A DNA stretch of 64,000 nt from Malacoraja senta. Its lineage: Eukaryota. Below, in pieces: positions 35,020 through 47,146 of the stretch (positions are counted from its first letter, which is position 1; every line of letters starts with the position of its first letter). The translations under genes and the position numbers were made by a program. The notes under the pieces are model-generated. The model made no database searches. It was not told the origin of the DNA and saw only the letters and a list, made by a program, of their open reading frames with translations. The stretch covers positions 2,296,001 to 2,360,000 of the forward strand of contig CM075997.1 in assembly GCA_038087875.1 (NCBI GenBank). Reading direction: 5' to 3'.

Positions 35020-35990
35020 GGTCATAAGGTCATGAGGTCATAAGGAGTAGAATTACGCCATTCGGCCCATCAAGTCTACTCTGCCATTCAATCATGACTG
35101 ATCTATCTCTCCCTCCTAACTAACCCCATTCTCCTGCCTTCTCCCCATAACTCCTGACACCCGTACTAATCAATAATCTATCTATCTCTATATACTCTAT
35201 ATCTATTAAATACTAGACCAAGTGCAGACCCGTTGGATCTGTTCCCCCTATATCCATGGACTTGGCCTCCACAGCTTCTGTGGCAACGAATTCCACAGAT
35301 TCACCACCCTCTGACTAAAGAAATCCTTCCTCATCTCCTGCCTAAAGGAATGTCCTTTAATTCTGAGGCTATGACCTCTAGTCCTAGACTCTCCCACTAG
35401 TGGAAACATCCTCACCACATCCATTCTATCAAAGCCTTTCACTATTCGGTACGTTTCAATGAGGTTGCCCCTCATTCTCCAGCGAGTACAGACACAGTGC
35501 CATCACACACTCATTATATGTTAACCCACTCATTCCTGGGATCGTTCTTGTAAACCTCCTCTAGACACTCTCCAGGGCCAGCACATCCTTCCGCAGATAT
35601 GGTGCCCAAAATTGCTCACAATATTCCTAATGCGGACTGACCAGCGCCTTATAGAGCCTCAGCGTTATATCGCTGTTTTTGTATTCTAGCCCCCTTGAAA
35701 TAAACGCTAGCATTGAGTTTGCTTTCCTTCCTACCGATTTAACTTGTAGATTAACTTTTTGGGAATCCTACACTGGCACTCCCAAGTCCCTTTGCACCTT
35801 TGATTTCTGGATTCTCTCCCCATTTAGAAAATGGTCTACGCCTTTATTCCTACTACCAAAACGCATGACTCCACACTTTGCTACACAATATTCCATCTGC
35901 CACTCCCCTGCCCACTCTCCCAACCTGCCCAAGTCCTTCTGCAGACTCCCTGCTTTCTCCACACTGCCTGCCCCTCCACCTATTTTCATA
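35020..35990 (-). mobile_element. Degenerate CR1 3' part, with a Helitron 3'-end fragment at 35213-35248
   Basis: ORFs 35768-35998 and 35248-35475; insert reads (minus) CAGATCCAACGGGTCTGCACTTGGTCTAG, like the 22349 Helitron end. Confidence 0.8.
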
Positions 35991-36321
35991 TCAGCCACAA
36001 GTGCTGGATTAAATCAGCGAGTCAGGCAGCATCTCTGAAGAACATGGACAGGTGACGTTTGGGGTCGGGACCCTTCTTCACACTCCAGACTGAAGAAGAG
36101 TCTTGACCTGAAGCATCATCTATCCATGTTCTCCAGAGATGCTGCCTGACCCGCTGAGTTAATCCAGCACTTGTGTCCTTCTGTGTAAACCAGCATTTGC
36201 AATTCCTTGGTACACAAAAATGCTGGAGAAACTCAGCGGGTGCAGCAGCATCTATGGAGCGAAGGAAATAGGCAACGTTTCGGGCCGAAACCCTTCTTCT
36301 TCTTTGCAATTCCTTGTTTAT

Positions 36322-36682
36322 GGGTGGCACAGTGGTGCAGCGGTAGAGTTCCTGTCTTACAGCACCAGAGACCCCGGTTCGATCCTGACTATGGGTGCTA
36401 TCTGTACGGAGTTTGTACATCGTCCCTGTGACCGTGTGGGTTTTCTCCGGGTGCTCTGGTTACCTCCCACACTCTAAAGACATGCAGGTTTGTAGGTCAA
36501 TCGGGTTTGGTAAAATTGTAAATTGTCCCTCGTGTGTAGGGCAGTGCTGGTGTCCAAAGACCTACAGGCTTGTAGGTTAATTGGCTTGGCATAAACGCAA
36601 ATTGTCCCTAGTGTTTGTAGGATAGTGTTAATGTGCGGGGATCGCTGGTCGGCACAGACAGGGAGGGCCGAAGGGCCTGTTT
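36322..36682 (+). mobile_element. HE1-like V-SINE with internal duplication
   Basis: Head, V-domain, repeated CAAAGAC...AAATTGTCCCT segment, tail. Confidence 0.8.
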
Positions 36683-36784
36683 TCGCACTGTATCTCTAAA
36701 GTCTAAAGTGTACAAGAGGAGAAGGTGGGGCAGATTGGGAGGGAAGGTGATGTTGACTGTATGGAGTTGTGTGTTGTGTCCCAG

Positions 36785-36853
36785 TGCCTGGCTGTCACTG
36801 CCGGCCTCCCGACGATGGTTCTGTTCCCCTCAAGGAAGCTTATCCCAGAATGA
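36785..36853 (+). CDS. Candidate terminal coding exon (CLAVTAGLPTMVLFPSRKLIPE*)
   Basis: Acceptor TGTTGTGTCCCAG|; phase 0 fits the preceding candidate exon; other frames are also open, so the frame is uncertain. Confidence 0.25.
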   Translation, partial: CLAVTAGLPTMVLFPSRKLIPE

Positions 36854-37087
36854 CAGTGGTGCAGATGGCTGATTTGATACAGCCCATTGCCCGAGATAAG
36901 TTTCGACATCAAAGTCAGTTTCTACTTCTGCTGTTGACTGTTGTTGATTGCATTGGATATAATGAGGTGACTGGTTCAGTGATGGTGTCTGAAAACCACA
37001 GTCACCGAGCTCCTCTCTCTTTGCCCATGCACAATGGCACTGAAGCGTATCATCGGCTGTGACAGTCTTAGATTTGTTTAATTTATA

Positions 37088-37375
37088 TTAGAGATACAGT
37101 GCGGAAACAGGCCCTTCGGCCCACCGGGTCCGCGCCGACCAGCTCATTAACACTATCCTACACACACTAGGGACAATTTACAATTTATACCAAGCCAATT
37201 AGCCCACAAGCCTGTACGCCTTTGGAGTGTGGGAGGAAACCGAAGATCTTGGAGAAAACCCACACGGTCACGGGGAGAACGTACAAACTCCGTACAGACA
37301 GCACCCGTAGTCGGGATCGAACCCGGGTCTGTGGCGCTGCAAGCGCTGTAAGGCAGCAACTCTACCGCTGCGCCA
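37088..37375 (-). mobile_element. HE1-like V-SINE
   Basis: Full head, V-domain and tail. Confidence 0.85.
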
Positions 37376-38021
37376 TGATCAGCCATGATCACATTGAATG
37401 GCGGTGCTGGCTCGAAGGGCCAAATGGCTTACTCCTGCACCTATTGTCTATTGTCTATTGTCTATTGCCACAGTGCCGCCCCTTTACGGACCTCTTTATA
37501 ACGGACTTTGGCTATAGTGGATCGCCAAGCCGGGCTGGAAACGCCACTCCCGACCCGCAAAGCCACCCCTCTGCTTCCAGGCCGGGCCTACTGCCACCAC
37601 CTCCAGCCCACACAACCTTCTTGGCCCCTTCCAGGCCGCGCCTGCCGCCAGCCCCCGCCGACCCTTACCTCCACACCGGCTGCCCACGGGCCACGACCAT
37701 CGACTCCACCGATCCTCGCCTCTCCCCCAGCCACCAGCAGGCCAGCGCCATCAACTCACCTGGATTCCAGGCCCAGTTCCAGACCGACCAGTCTGAAGAA
37801 GGGTCTCGACCTGAAACGTCACCTATCCATGTCATCCCGAATCCTTTTCTCCAGAGATGCTGCCTGACCTGCTGAGTTACTCCAGCTTTTTGTGTCTTTC
37901 TCCAGAGATGCTGCCTGACCCGCTGAATTACTCCAGCAGTTTGTGTCTTTTTGTACATTAACCAGCATCTGCAGTTGTTTGTTTCTGCAACTTCAGTTTT
38001 CGTTTAGTTCAGGGAGACTTA

Positions 38022-38588
38022 AGGGCCTGTCCCACTTGGCGATTTTTTAGGCAACTGCCGGCGACTGTCATAGTCGTAGCAGGTCGCCGAAAAACCGGCG
38101 ACAACCTACGTCATCCTGGCGACAACCTACGACAGCACCTACGTCAGGAGAAGTCAAGCTACGCTCATTGGCGTCAAACCCACTGTCGGCGAAAATTTTT
38201 CAACATGTTGAAAATTTAGCGGCAACCAGAAAGTCGCTACTTTGGCGAGTCGAGACAGTGAGTGAATCCAAAGGGTTTTATTCTGAAACGGCAAAACAGT
38301 GAATAAACTCAGGTCGGTAAGACAGCCAACAAAAACGATGTTACTTCCACCAGTGTGGTGCTAGAATGAAATAACTCGGTAAAAAGCGCGCGAATATCGC
38401 TCCCCGCGCCCACGTGACTGGAGCAGCCAATCCGAGGGTTTGACTACCCCAAGACACCACCAGGTGCCGCTACACTATGACTTTTTGCGCGACTGAGGAG
38501 ACAACTCCCGCCGATTACCGGCAAACATGTGGCGACAAACTAGTCGCCTGTCGTTGCCTAAAAAAATTGCCTAAGTGGGGCAAGCCCA
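38022..38588. mobile_element. Harbinger/PIF-like MITE containing a solo LTR
   Basis: TTA|AGGGCCTGTCCCACTTGGCGATTTTTTAGG ... CCTAAAAAAATTGCCTAAGTGGGGCAAGCCCA|TTA. Confidence 0.8.
38241..38474 (-). mobile_element. Solo LTR (Gypsy-like)
   Basis: Minus strand starts TGTAGCG and ends CGCCAAA (expected CA); 4-bp TSD CTAC/CTAT; CCAAT, CACGTG and a downstream AATAAA. Confidence 0.6.
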
Positions 38589-41255
38589 TTACTGTATACA
38601 ATGATAATCCCTTACTCGGTTATAGTGGACAATTGGCAACAACAGACACCATCCCACCCCCCCCCCCCAACCCTCCTGTGGCCCGTTACAACAAGGGTTT
38701 ACTGTGATACAGTAGGCCACTAAATTCTTGGTCAATGAGGTGCTGGTTATGGAGGATGTTGAGATGGAGATTAATTGGAGAGGGAAATGGGAGCTAAAAA
38801 TCAAGTGGACGGCCATGAACATCTGGATGATGTACAGATGTTGTAGCTGCTTTCTTTCCAAAGCAACAAGCACTTTTCTTTGACGCCTAGTGTCTGGGTG
38901 GGATGGGAGGTGGGTTGAAATGTAGAATAATTACAGCTCTGGTAAAGATGAGAGTTTGAACCTAGAGACTGTGGGAGGGCAGGTTGTTGTTTAAAATTGA
39001 GTATTGAACACGGGAATTAGCATGTTGCTGTTTCGTGAAGCGTATATACCCCTTGATAAAACAGCACAGCCCCTCTCCGAGTGTTTGTTGCTATTGAGTT
39101 CCTGCGAAATGGAGACATAATGGAACTGCAGATGCTAGAATCTTGAGTTAAGCACCAAGTGCTGGAGTAATGTGGTGTGTCAGGCAGCATCTGTGGAGGA
39201 CATGGATAGGAATGTTTTGGGTTGGGACTCTTCTTCAGACTCAAGTCCAGCATTTTGGGTTATGGGGAGAAGGCAGGAAAATGAGGTTGAGAGGGAAAGA
39301 TAGATCAGCCATGATTGAATGGGGGAGTAGACTTGATGGGCCGAATGGTCCAATCCGCTCCTATACCTTATGAAAAGAGGGTGAAATGTAAGGCATGGAA
39401 CAGTACAGTTCAAGAACAGGCCCTTCGGCCCACAATGTCTGTACCGAACATCTCTTCTCTACCTGCATATAATCCATATCCTTCCAGCCCCCCCCCCCCC
39501 CATATCCATACTCAAGCTCCTGCTAATATCCTTTTCCTGAAGATTTTCCTGTTTGACCTTTGGTCTTGTACTCATCAAGGGTGACATTGTTAGCATTGAG
39601 GAGTGGACGTATTCTCTGCCTGAGGTATTCTCTGTCTGGAGTCACAGGGTCACAGAGCCATAGAGTGTGGCCCTTCGGCCCAACTTGCCCACACCGACCA
39701 ACACGTCCCATCTACGCTAGTCCCACTGACCTGCATTTGGCCCACATCCCTAGAAACTTGCCCTATCCATGTACCTGTCTAAATGTTTCTTAAACGTTGC
39801 GATAGTCCCAGCCTCAACTCCCTCCTCTGGCAGCTCGTTCCATACGCCCACCACCCTCTGCATGAAAATGTTACCCCTCAGATTCTTATTGAATTTGTCC
39901 CCCCCTTCACCTTAAACCTGTGTCCCCTGGTTCTTGATTGCCCTACTCTGGGCAAGAGACTCTGTGCTTCTACCCGATCTATTCCTCTCATGGTTTTATA
40001 CACGAAAGTGGGTATAAACCGGAGCACCACGCAGTCACAGGGAGAACGTGCAAACTCCGTATAGACAGCACCCAGAGTCAGAATCGAACCCGGGTGCCTG
40101 GCGCTGTAAGGCAGCAACTCCACCACTGTGCCACCGTGCTGCCCCACATTTATTTAAGTAAAAGCAGCATCTACCTCATTTCTACCAAGCCCTACAAACA
40201 GGTATGTCTTTGGAGTGTGGGAGGAAACCGGAGCTCCCAGAGAAAACCCACGCGGGTCACGGGGAGAATGTGTAAACCCCGTACAGACAAGTAGCCGTCC
40301 GTAGTCAGGATCGAACCCGGGTCTCTGGCGCTGTAAGGCAGCAACTCCTCCGCTGTGCCACCGTGCCGCCCAATTAAGTATCTGAGTGGGGACTGAATCC
40401 CACAACCTGCTGACTCAGAGGTGAGTATGTTATTCATCGAGTCACGGCCAACACACGTGGTACCTTCTAAAGCAAAGTGTTAATTACATGGATTAATCAT
40501 TGCTGAGTTTTTTATGAAGTTCGGTTTCTCTGGTAGCAGATATGTAATTTGAATAACGAGAGAGAATAAGACCAGACACTAATAAAGATGAAACAGATGG
40601 CTGGTGATGTTGAAATGATGAGGTTTGTTATTAGATCAGATCACGATGGCATTGTACACCAGAAAGGCACAGCACTTGGCAGAGGCTTCCCCTGTGTCTA
40701 TTGCCACAGATGGTGTCGCTAAATACAAATAAGACTTTGAGAAAACACTTGGGAAGGATGGTTTGGTTCCACGGGGTCGTGTGGGGGAGAAAATGTGGAC
40801 GGCAAAAACAGTTTGGTTTGTACACTTATGAGTTGGCCTCAGTGCCACAGGCAAACACAGAGGTGTGTCGGAAGGAACTGCAGATGCTGCTTCAAACGGA
40901 AGATGGACACAGAAAGCTGGAGTAACTCAGCGGGACAGGCAGCATCTCTGGAGAGAAGGAATGGGTGACGTCAACCATTCATTTTCTTCAGAGATGCTGC
41001 CTGTCCTGCTGAGTTACTCCAGCTTTCTGTGTCTATAAACACAGAGATGGGAAGGGTAGGCAGAATTGAATTCAATTCATTCTATCTGAGCTGTTTACAA
41101 TTTACAAAGCAGTGACTTCATTTTATTCTCTTCGATCTTTTCTTCCATTTTAATTTGTTTTTTTCATCCTTCCAGGAGGCCCTTCCTCCATTCTGGGAGT
41201 ATTGGGGAGGTTAATCCCTCTGGATCTGCCAGATCCATTCACTTGAGCCCTGTGT

Positions 41256-41686
41256 GTAGGAAGGAACCGCAGATGCTGGTTTACACCGAAGATAGACACA
41301 AAATGCTGGAGTAACTCAGCGGGACAGGCAGCATCGCTGGAGCGAATGAATGGGTGACATCAAGAGAGAGCTAGATAGGGCTCTTAAAGATAGCGGAGTC
41401 AGGGGATATGGGGAGAAGGCAGGAACGAGGTACTGATTGGGGATGATCAGCCATGATCACATTGAATGGTGGTGCTTGCTCAAAGGGCCGAATGGCCTAC
41501 TCCAGCATCTATTGTCTATTATCTATGGCATCTCTGGATAGAAGGAATGGTTAACCTTTTGGGTCGAGAGCCTTCTTCACACTGAGAGTCTGAAGAAGGG
41601 TCCAGACCCTTAACGTCACCCATTCCTTCTCTTCAGAGATGCTGCCTGTCCCGCTGAGTTACTCCAGCATTTTGCGTCTATCTTCG
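41256..41686. mobile_element. Fold-back HHR element with a nested CR1 tail
   Basis: 14-bp TSD CTTGAGCC(C/T)TGTGT (41242-41255, 41687-41700). Confidence 0.75.
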
Positions 41687-44336
41687 CTTGAGCCTTGTGT
41701 TAACTAACGTGCCAGCTATGAAGAATCTCAGTGGGTTAAAATCGCAGAACTATCTCCTGCTTCAGGTGTAGGAAGGAACTGCAGATGCTGGTTTGCACCG
41801 AAGATAGACACAAAATGCTGGAGTAACTCAGCGGGACAGGCAGCATCTCTGGAGAGAAGGAATGGGTGACGATTCGGGTCGAGACCCTTCTTCAGACTGA
41901 GAGTCAGGGGAGAGGGAAACTAGAGATATGGAAGGGTACAGAGAGCATGTGAGGTGTGAAAAGGACAGATCAAAGCAGACGATGAACAAGGAAATGTCAA
42001 TTGTTCATTGTTGGCTGAGGGGAATGTGCCAGGGAAGGAATGCTGCCTGTCCCGCTGAGTTACTCCAGTATTTTGTGTCTTTTTGTGTAAACCCACATCT
42101 GCAGTTCCTTGCTTCTAGTAGTTGATGCTTGGGCTGAAGGGCCTGCTTCTGTGCTGTACGTCTCTATGATGCTGTAGCTGTAATCACCGGGAATCCCAGC
42201 AAGATCGATCTCTGGCTGCAAAGCGCTGTGGGGAGTTAAGTCGCTTCATGCAGTGTAGAACTATACAGTGGAGCTCTTTTAATAAGGTAAGGTTTCTTGT
42301 ACACGTGGAAATCATACTACTAGCACTGACACGGGGAAATACTGGTAGGGCAGTGCAGACTAAAGTTGTGTTTTAATCTATGAAAATTCACAATTTAAGG
42401 AATACTAATAAAGACACCAAAAATAAAAATCGAGACATTCAAACTCTAAGTATTAATTCTAACAGAGGCAGGTAGGCCGAATGGCCTGTTTATTTTGTGA
42501 AGCCAAAGATAGACACAAAATGCTGGAGTAACTCGGCGAGACAGGCAGCATCTCTGGAGAGAGGAAATGGGTGACGTTTTGGGTCGAGACCCTTCTTCAG
42601 CCTTCCTGAGTCTGAAGAAGGGTCTCGACCCGAAATGTCACCCATTCCTTCTCTCCAGAGATGCTGCCTGTCCCACTGAGTTACTCCAGCATTTTGTGTC
42701 TATCTTCGATCTGCAGTTCTTTCTTACATCTAGATCAGCAATGATTGAATGGCGGAATACACTTGATGGGCCGAATGGCTTAATTCTACTCCTATCCCTT
42801 ATGACCTTATGATATTCTGTATCCTTAGGATATTTTGAAATGCCCACTTGCCCAGAGAACTGCCTGTCCCGCTGAGTTACTCCAGCTTTTTCCGTCTATC
42901 TTCGGTGTAAACCAGCATCTGCAGTTCCTTATTACATATTTTATGAAGCCCCTCTTGGGGGCAGCCACTCTGAACAGATTTTTAACAGCGAGAAAAATCA
43001 TCATTCAATCTCCTTGGGTGATGCGTAGAATCTTCCCAGAGTGCTGGTCGGGGTGAGTAATCCTGTGATTACTCACTCAGTGAGGAGGCTGAGAACATCA
43101 CTGATGATAAAAGGTCTGTTGGGAGAGAGTGGGACTGATGTGTCAGCCACTGCTGACTGCCTTTGTCAGTCGTGTACCTATCAAAGGCGAGGGAATGGAA
43201 AAGGTGGCTATTTTAGGAATCAGTGGCTACATCCAAACCTGGCCTGGCCATTGAGTTCGAACACAGTTAGTGAAGCCGCTCACACTGTGACTCAACAAAA
43301 ATCGAACTCAAGGAGGAAAGTTGACATTAATATAACATATTCCAGGTGTGTGCAGGTTGGGAGGAGGAGGGAGGGTGTGGCAGGTGGTGGGATATGTAAG
43401 TGTGGGTTTGGACGGGGGCAGTGGGAGGGGCAATTGTTCCACCAGGGATCCCTTTGCATGGACTCGTGGCTGAATGACTTCGATTCCACGGATCGAATTT
43501 CCAGAAGTAAGAGGGATTTAAAGATGCCGAGTGGAATTGTGAGTTGTTGTAAATGCTGGTGATCCATTCTGCCCATCGCCCCAGAGAAGGTGGAAGTGAG
43601 CAACTTTCTTGAAGCCTCTTCAGTCAGAAGGTGGTGAATCTGTGGAATTCTTTGCCACAGAAGGCTGTGGAGTCCAAGTCAGTGGATACTTTTGAGGCAG
43701 AGGTAGATAGATTCTTGATTAGTACAGGTGTCAGAGGTTATGGGGAGAAGGCAGGAGAATGGGGTTAGGAGGGAGAGATAGATCAAAGATATATCAGTCT
43801 GAAGAAGGGTCTCAACCCAAATCCTGAAACGTCACCCATCCCTTCTCTCCAGAGATGCTGCCTGTCACGCTGAGTTACTCCAGCATTTTGTGTCTACCTT
43901 CGATTTGCAGTTCATTCTTACACATAGATTGAATGGCAGAGTAGACATGATGGGCCGAATGGCCTAATTCTACTCCTATCCCTTATGACCTTATAACATA
44001 TTCTGTATCCTTAGGATGTTTTGAAATGTCCTCTTGCCCAGAGAACATACCCTGTTAATGTTAACGGAGATGCCAAAGGGGGAAAGAATGTTTCTCAGCT
44101 CAGTATCTCGGTATCAAACGGACTTCTTGAATCCATCCATCCTCCTATGTAGATCAAAGGCATAATCCTCTTGCTGCAGGTACCACAGAACACTGGTGCA
44201 ATAGCACCAGCATTGCCCTTGTGCATCCCTGAGAGGGAGAGAGAGAGTGTTTTATTATCATATGTCCCAGATAGAACAATGAAATTATCATTTTGAATCC
44301 ATTGCTGGGATTTGACCAAATACCTAGCAAGCTCAG

Positions 44337-45012
44337 GATGGCACAGTGGCACAGCTGGTGGAGCTGTTACCTCACAGTGCTGGAGACCCTGGTTCGATCC
44401 TGACCTCGGGTGATGTCTTTGTGGAGTTTGCACGTTCTCCCTGTAACCACCTGGCTGTCCTGGTTTCCTCCCACATCCCAAAGGCGTGCGGGTTTGTAAG
44501 TAAAATGGCCTCTATAAATTGCTCCTAGTGTGTAGGGAGTGGAAGAGAAAATGGGATAATATAGAACTAGTGTGAATGGGTGATCAATGATCAGCGTGGC
44601 CTTGGTGGGCCGAAGGGCCTGTTTCCATGCTGTGCCTAAATTAAGCCAACATTACAATTTTTCCGAAGCCAATTAACTTACAAACCACTACGTCTTTACT
44701 TATGGTATTTAGTTTTAGAGATACAGCACGCAGACAGGCCCTCCAGCCCACCGAGACTTCGCCGACCAGCGATCCCTGCCCACTAACTCTAGCATACACA
44801 CACTGGGGACAATTTACAAAATTACCAAGCCAATTAACCTACAAACCTGTACGTATTTGGAGTGTGGGAGGAAACTGAAGATCCCGGAGAAAAGCCATGC
44901 GGTCACGGGGAGAATGTACAAACTCCGTACAGACAGCACCCATAGTCAGGATCGAACCCAGGTCTCTGACGCTGTGAGGCAGCAACTCTACCGCTGTGCC
45001 ACCGTGCCGCCC
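44337..45012. mobile_element. Tail-to-tail pair of HE1-like SINEs (+ 44337-44635, - 44708-45012)
   Basis: Each copy has A/B boxes, V-domain and GGGCCTGT tail. Confidence 0.8.
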
Positions 45013-45209
45013 AATTTATTATCTGTTAGCTTCTGGATCCCAAGTCATTATTCGCAAATCAGTCTTGATATTTACTGGTGGGGCAGCTAGGAATCTCTTT
45101 GCAATTAGTACAGTGTGGATGTGGAGAGGATGTTTCCACTAGTGGGAGAGTCTAGGACCAGAGGACACAGCCTCAGAATAAAAGGACGTACATTTAAAAT
45201 GGAGAAAGA

Positions 45210-46010
45210 TTCATAGATTCATAGATACAGCATGGAAACAGGTCCTTCAGCCCAACTTGTCCAAACCGGCCAACTTATCCTAGCTACACTAGTCCCACCT
45301 GCCTGTGCTTGGTCCATATCCAAACCTGTCCTATCTATGTACCTGCCTAACTGTTTCTTAAACATTGGGATAATCCCAGCCTCAACTACCTCATCTGGCA
45401 GCTCGTTCCATACACCCACCACCCTTTGTGTGAAAAAGTGACCCCTCAGATTTCTATTCAATCTTTTCCCCTGCACCTTGAACCTATGTTCTCTGGTCCT
45501 CGATTCCCCTACTCTGGGCAAGAGACTCTGTGCGTCTACCCGATCTATTCCTCTCATGGAATGAGGAGGAATTTATGTCTTATAGACAATAGACAATAGA
45601 CAATAGGTGCAGGAGTAGGCCATTATGCCCTTCGAGCCAGCACCGCCATTCAATGTGATCATGGCTGATCATCCCCAATCAGTACCCCGTTCCTGCCTTC
45701 TCCCCATATCCCCTGACTGCACTATTTTTAAGAGCCTTATCTAGCTCTCTCTTGAAAGCATCCAGAGAACCGGCCTCCACTGCCCTCTGAGGCAGAGAAT
45801 TCCACAGACTCACCACTCTCTGTGAGAAAAAGTGTTTCCTTGTCTCCATTCTAAATGGCTTACTCCTTATTCTTAAACTGTGTATGGCCCCTGGTTCTGG
45901 ACTCCCCCAACATCGGGAACATGTTTCCTGCCTCTAACGTGTCCAAACCCTTAACAATTTTATATGTTTCAATGAGATGCCCTCTCATCCTTCTAAACTC
46001 CAGAGTGTCT
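45210..46010 (-). mobile_element. Two CR1 3' fragments of different subfamilies
   Basis: ORF 45219-45557; (CAATAGA)n tail at 45582-45607. Confidence 0.8.
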
Positions 46011-46493
46011 CCTCTTGAGTCCTACTAAGTGCACAATACAGGAAACATTCTCAACCCTAAGCACAGATTGAAAATCTTTGTAACACTGCCAATGATTATA
46101 TAACACGGATGTAATCAGTGGCATCATCAAGTTTATAGCCTTGCAGCCCACACTCTTAACCCAGGGGTTGCTAAAGTGATGGTTTTACGTCTATATACCC
46201 ATTAAATTCACATCACACCATGAGACCTTGAAGCGGTGCCAAAATGTCCTGTAATGTTAAATTTATACAGCAGCCTCCCAATTAGAGTCTTCACACTGCA
46301 GGATGTTTTGCTAGTCACGAAAATGATACACTGCAATTTTAACAAAAAAGAAGGGAGAATTGCTAACATGATGAATGAAGTTATTGAAAGTCGAGTGGAC
46401 TGCAGATAAACTAACCACTTGAGATGATAAATGAAACAGACAATGATGTACGTTTGGGCCACAGGTAACAGGTTAACCCTACACAGGTGAGAT

Positions 46494-47146
46494 GTGTAGG
46501 AAGGAACTGCAGATGCTGGTTTATCCCAAAGATAGACACACAATACTGGAGTAACTCAGCGGGATAGGCAGCATCTCTGGAGAGAAGGGATGGGTGATGT
46601 TTCGGGTCGAGACCCTTCTTCAGACCTGTATCAGGTAGTAGACTGAGACAGTGATAGACACAACATGCTGGAGTAACTCAGCGGGACAGGCAGCATCTCT
46701 GGAGAGAAGGGATGGGTGACGTTTCGGGTCGAGACCCTTCTTCAGACTGAAAGTCATGGGAAAGGGAAATGAGATATATAGAGGGTGATGTAGAGAGATA
46801 TAGAACAAATGAATGAAAAATATGTCAAAAAAGTAACAATGTTAAAGGAAACAGGCCATTGTTAGCTGTTTGTTGGGTGAAAACAAAAGCTAGTGTGACT
46901 TGGGTGGGGGAGGGATGGAGAGAGAGGGGATGCAGGGGTTACTTAGTTAGAGAAATCAATATTCATACCACTGGGTTGTAAGCTGCTCAAGCGAAATATG
47001 AGATGATACCGAAAATAGACACAGAATGCTGGAGTAACTCAGCGGGGCAGGCATGGCAGCATCTCTGGAGAGAAGGAATGGGTGACGTTTCGGGTCGAGA
47101 CCCTTCTTCAGACTCGACGTTTCGGGTCGAGACCGTTCTTCAGACG
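46494..47146 (-). mobile_element. Penelope-like 3' end with tandem hammerhead/pLTR units
   Basis: 46940-47005 encodes HLIFRLSSLQPSGMNIDFSN (minus); HHR cores at about 46596-46625, 46718-46749, 47084-47114 and 47116-47146. Confidence 0.85.

Noticed and set aside
40635..40732. Possible terminal exon QITMALYTRKAQHLAEASPVSIATDGVAKYK*
   Set aside because: Weak acceptor, no recognisable homology, and requires a poor donor at about 36912
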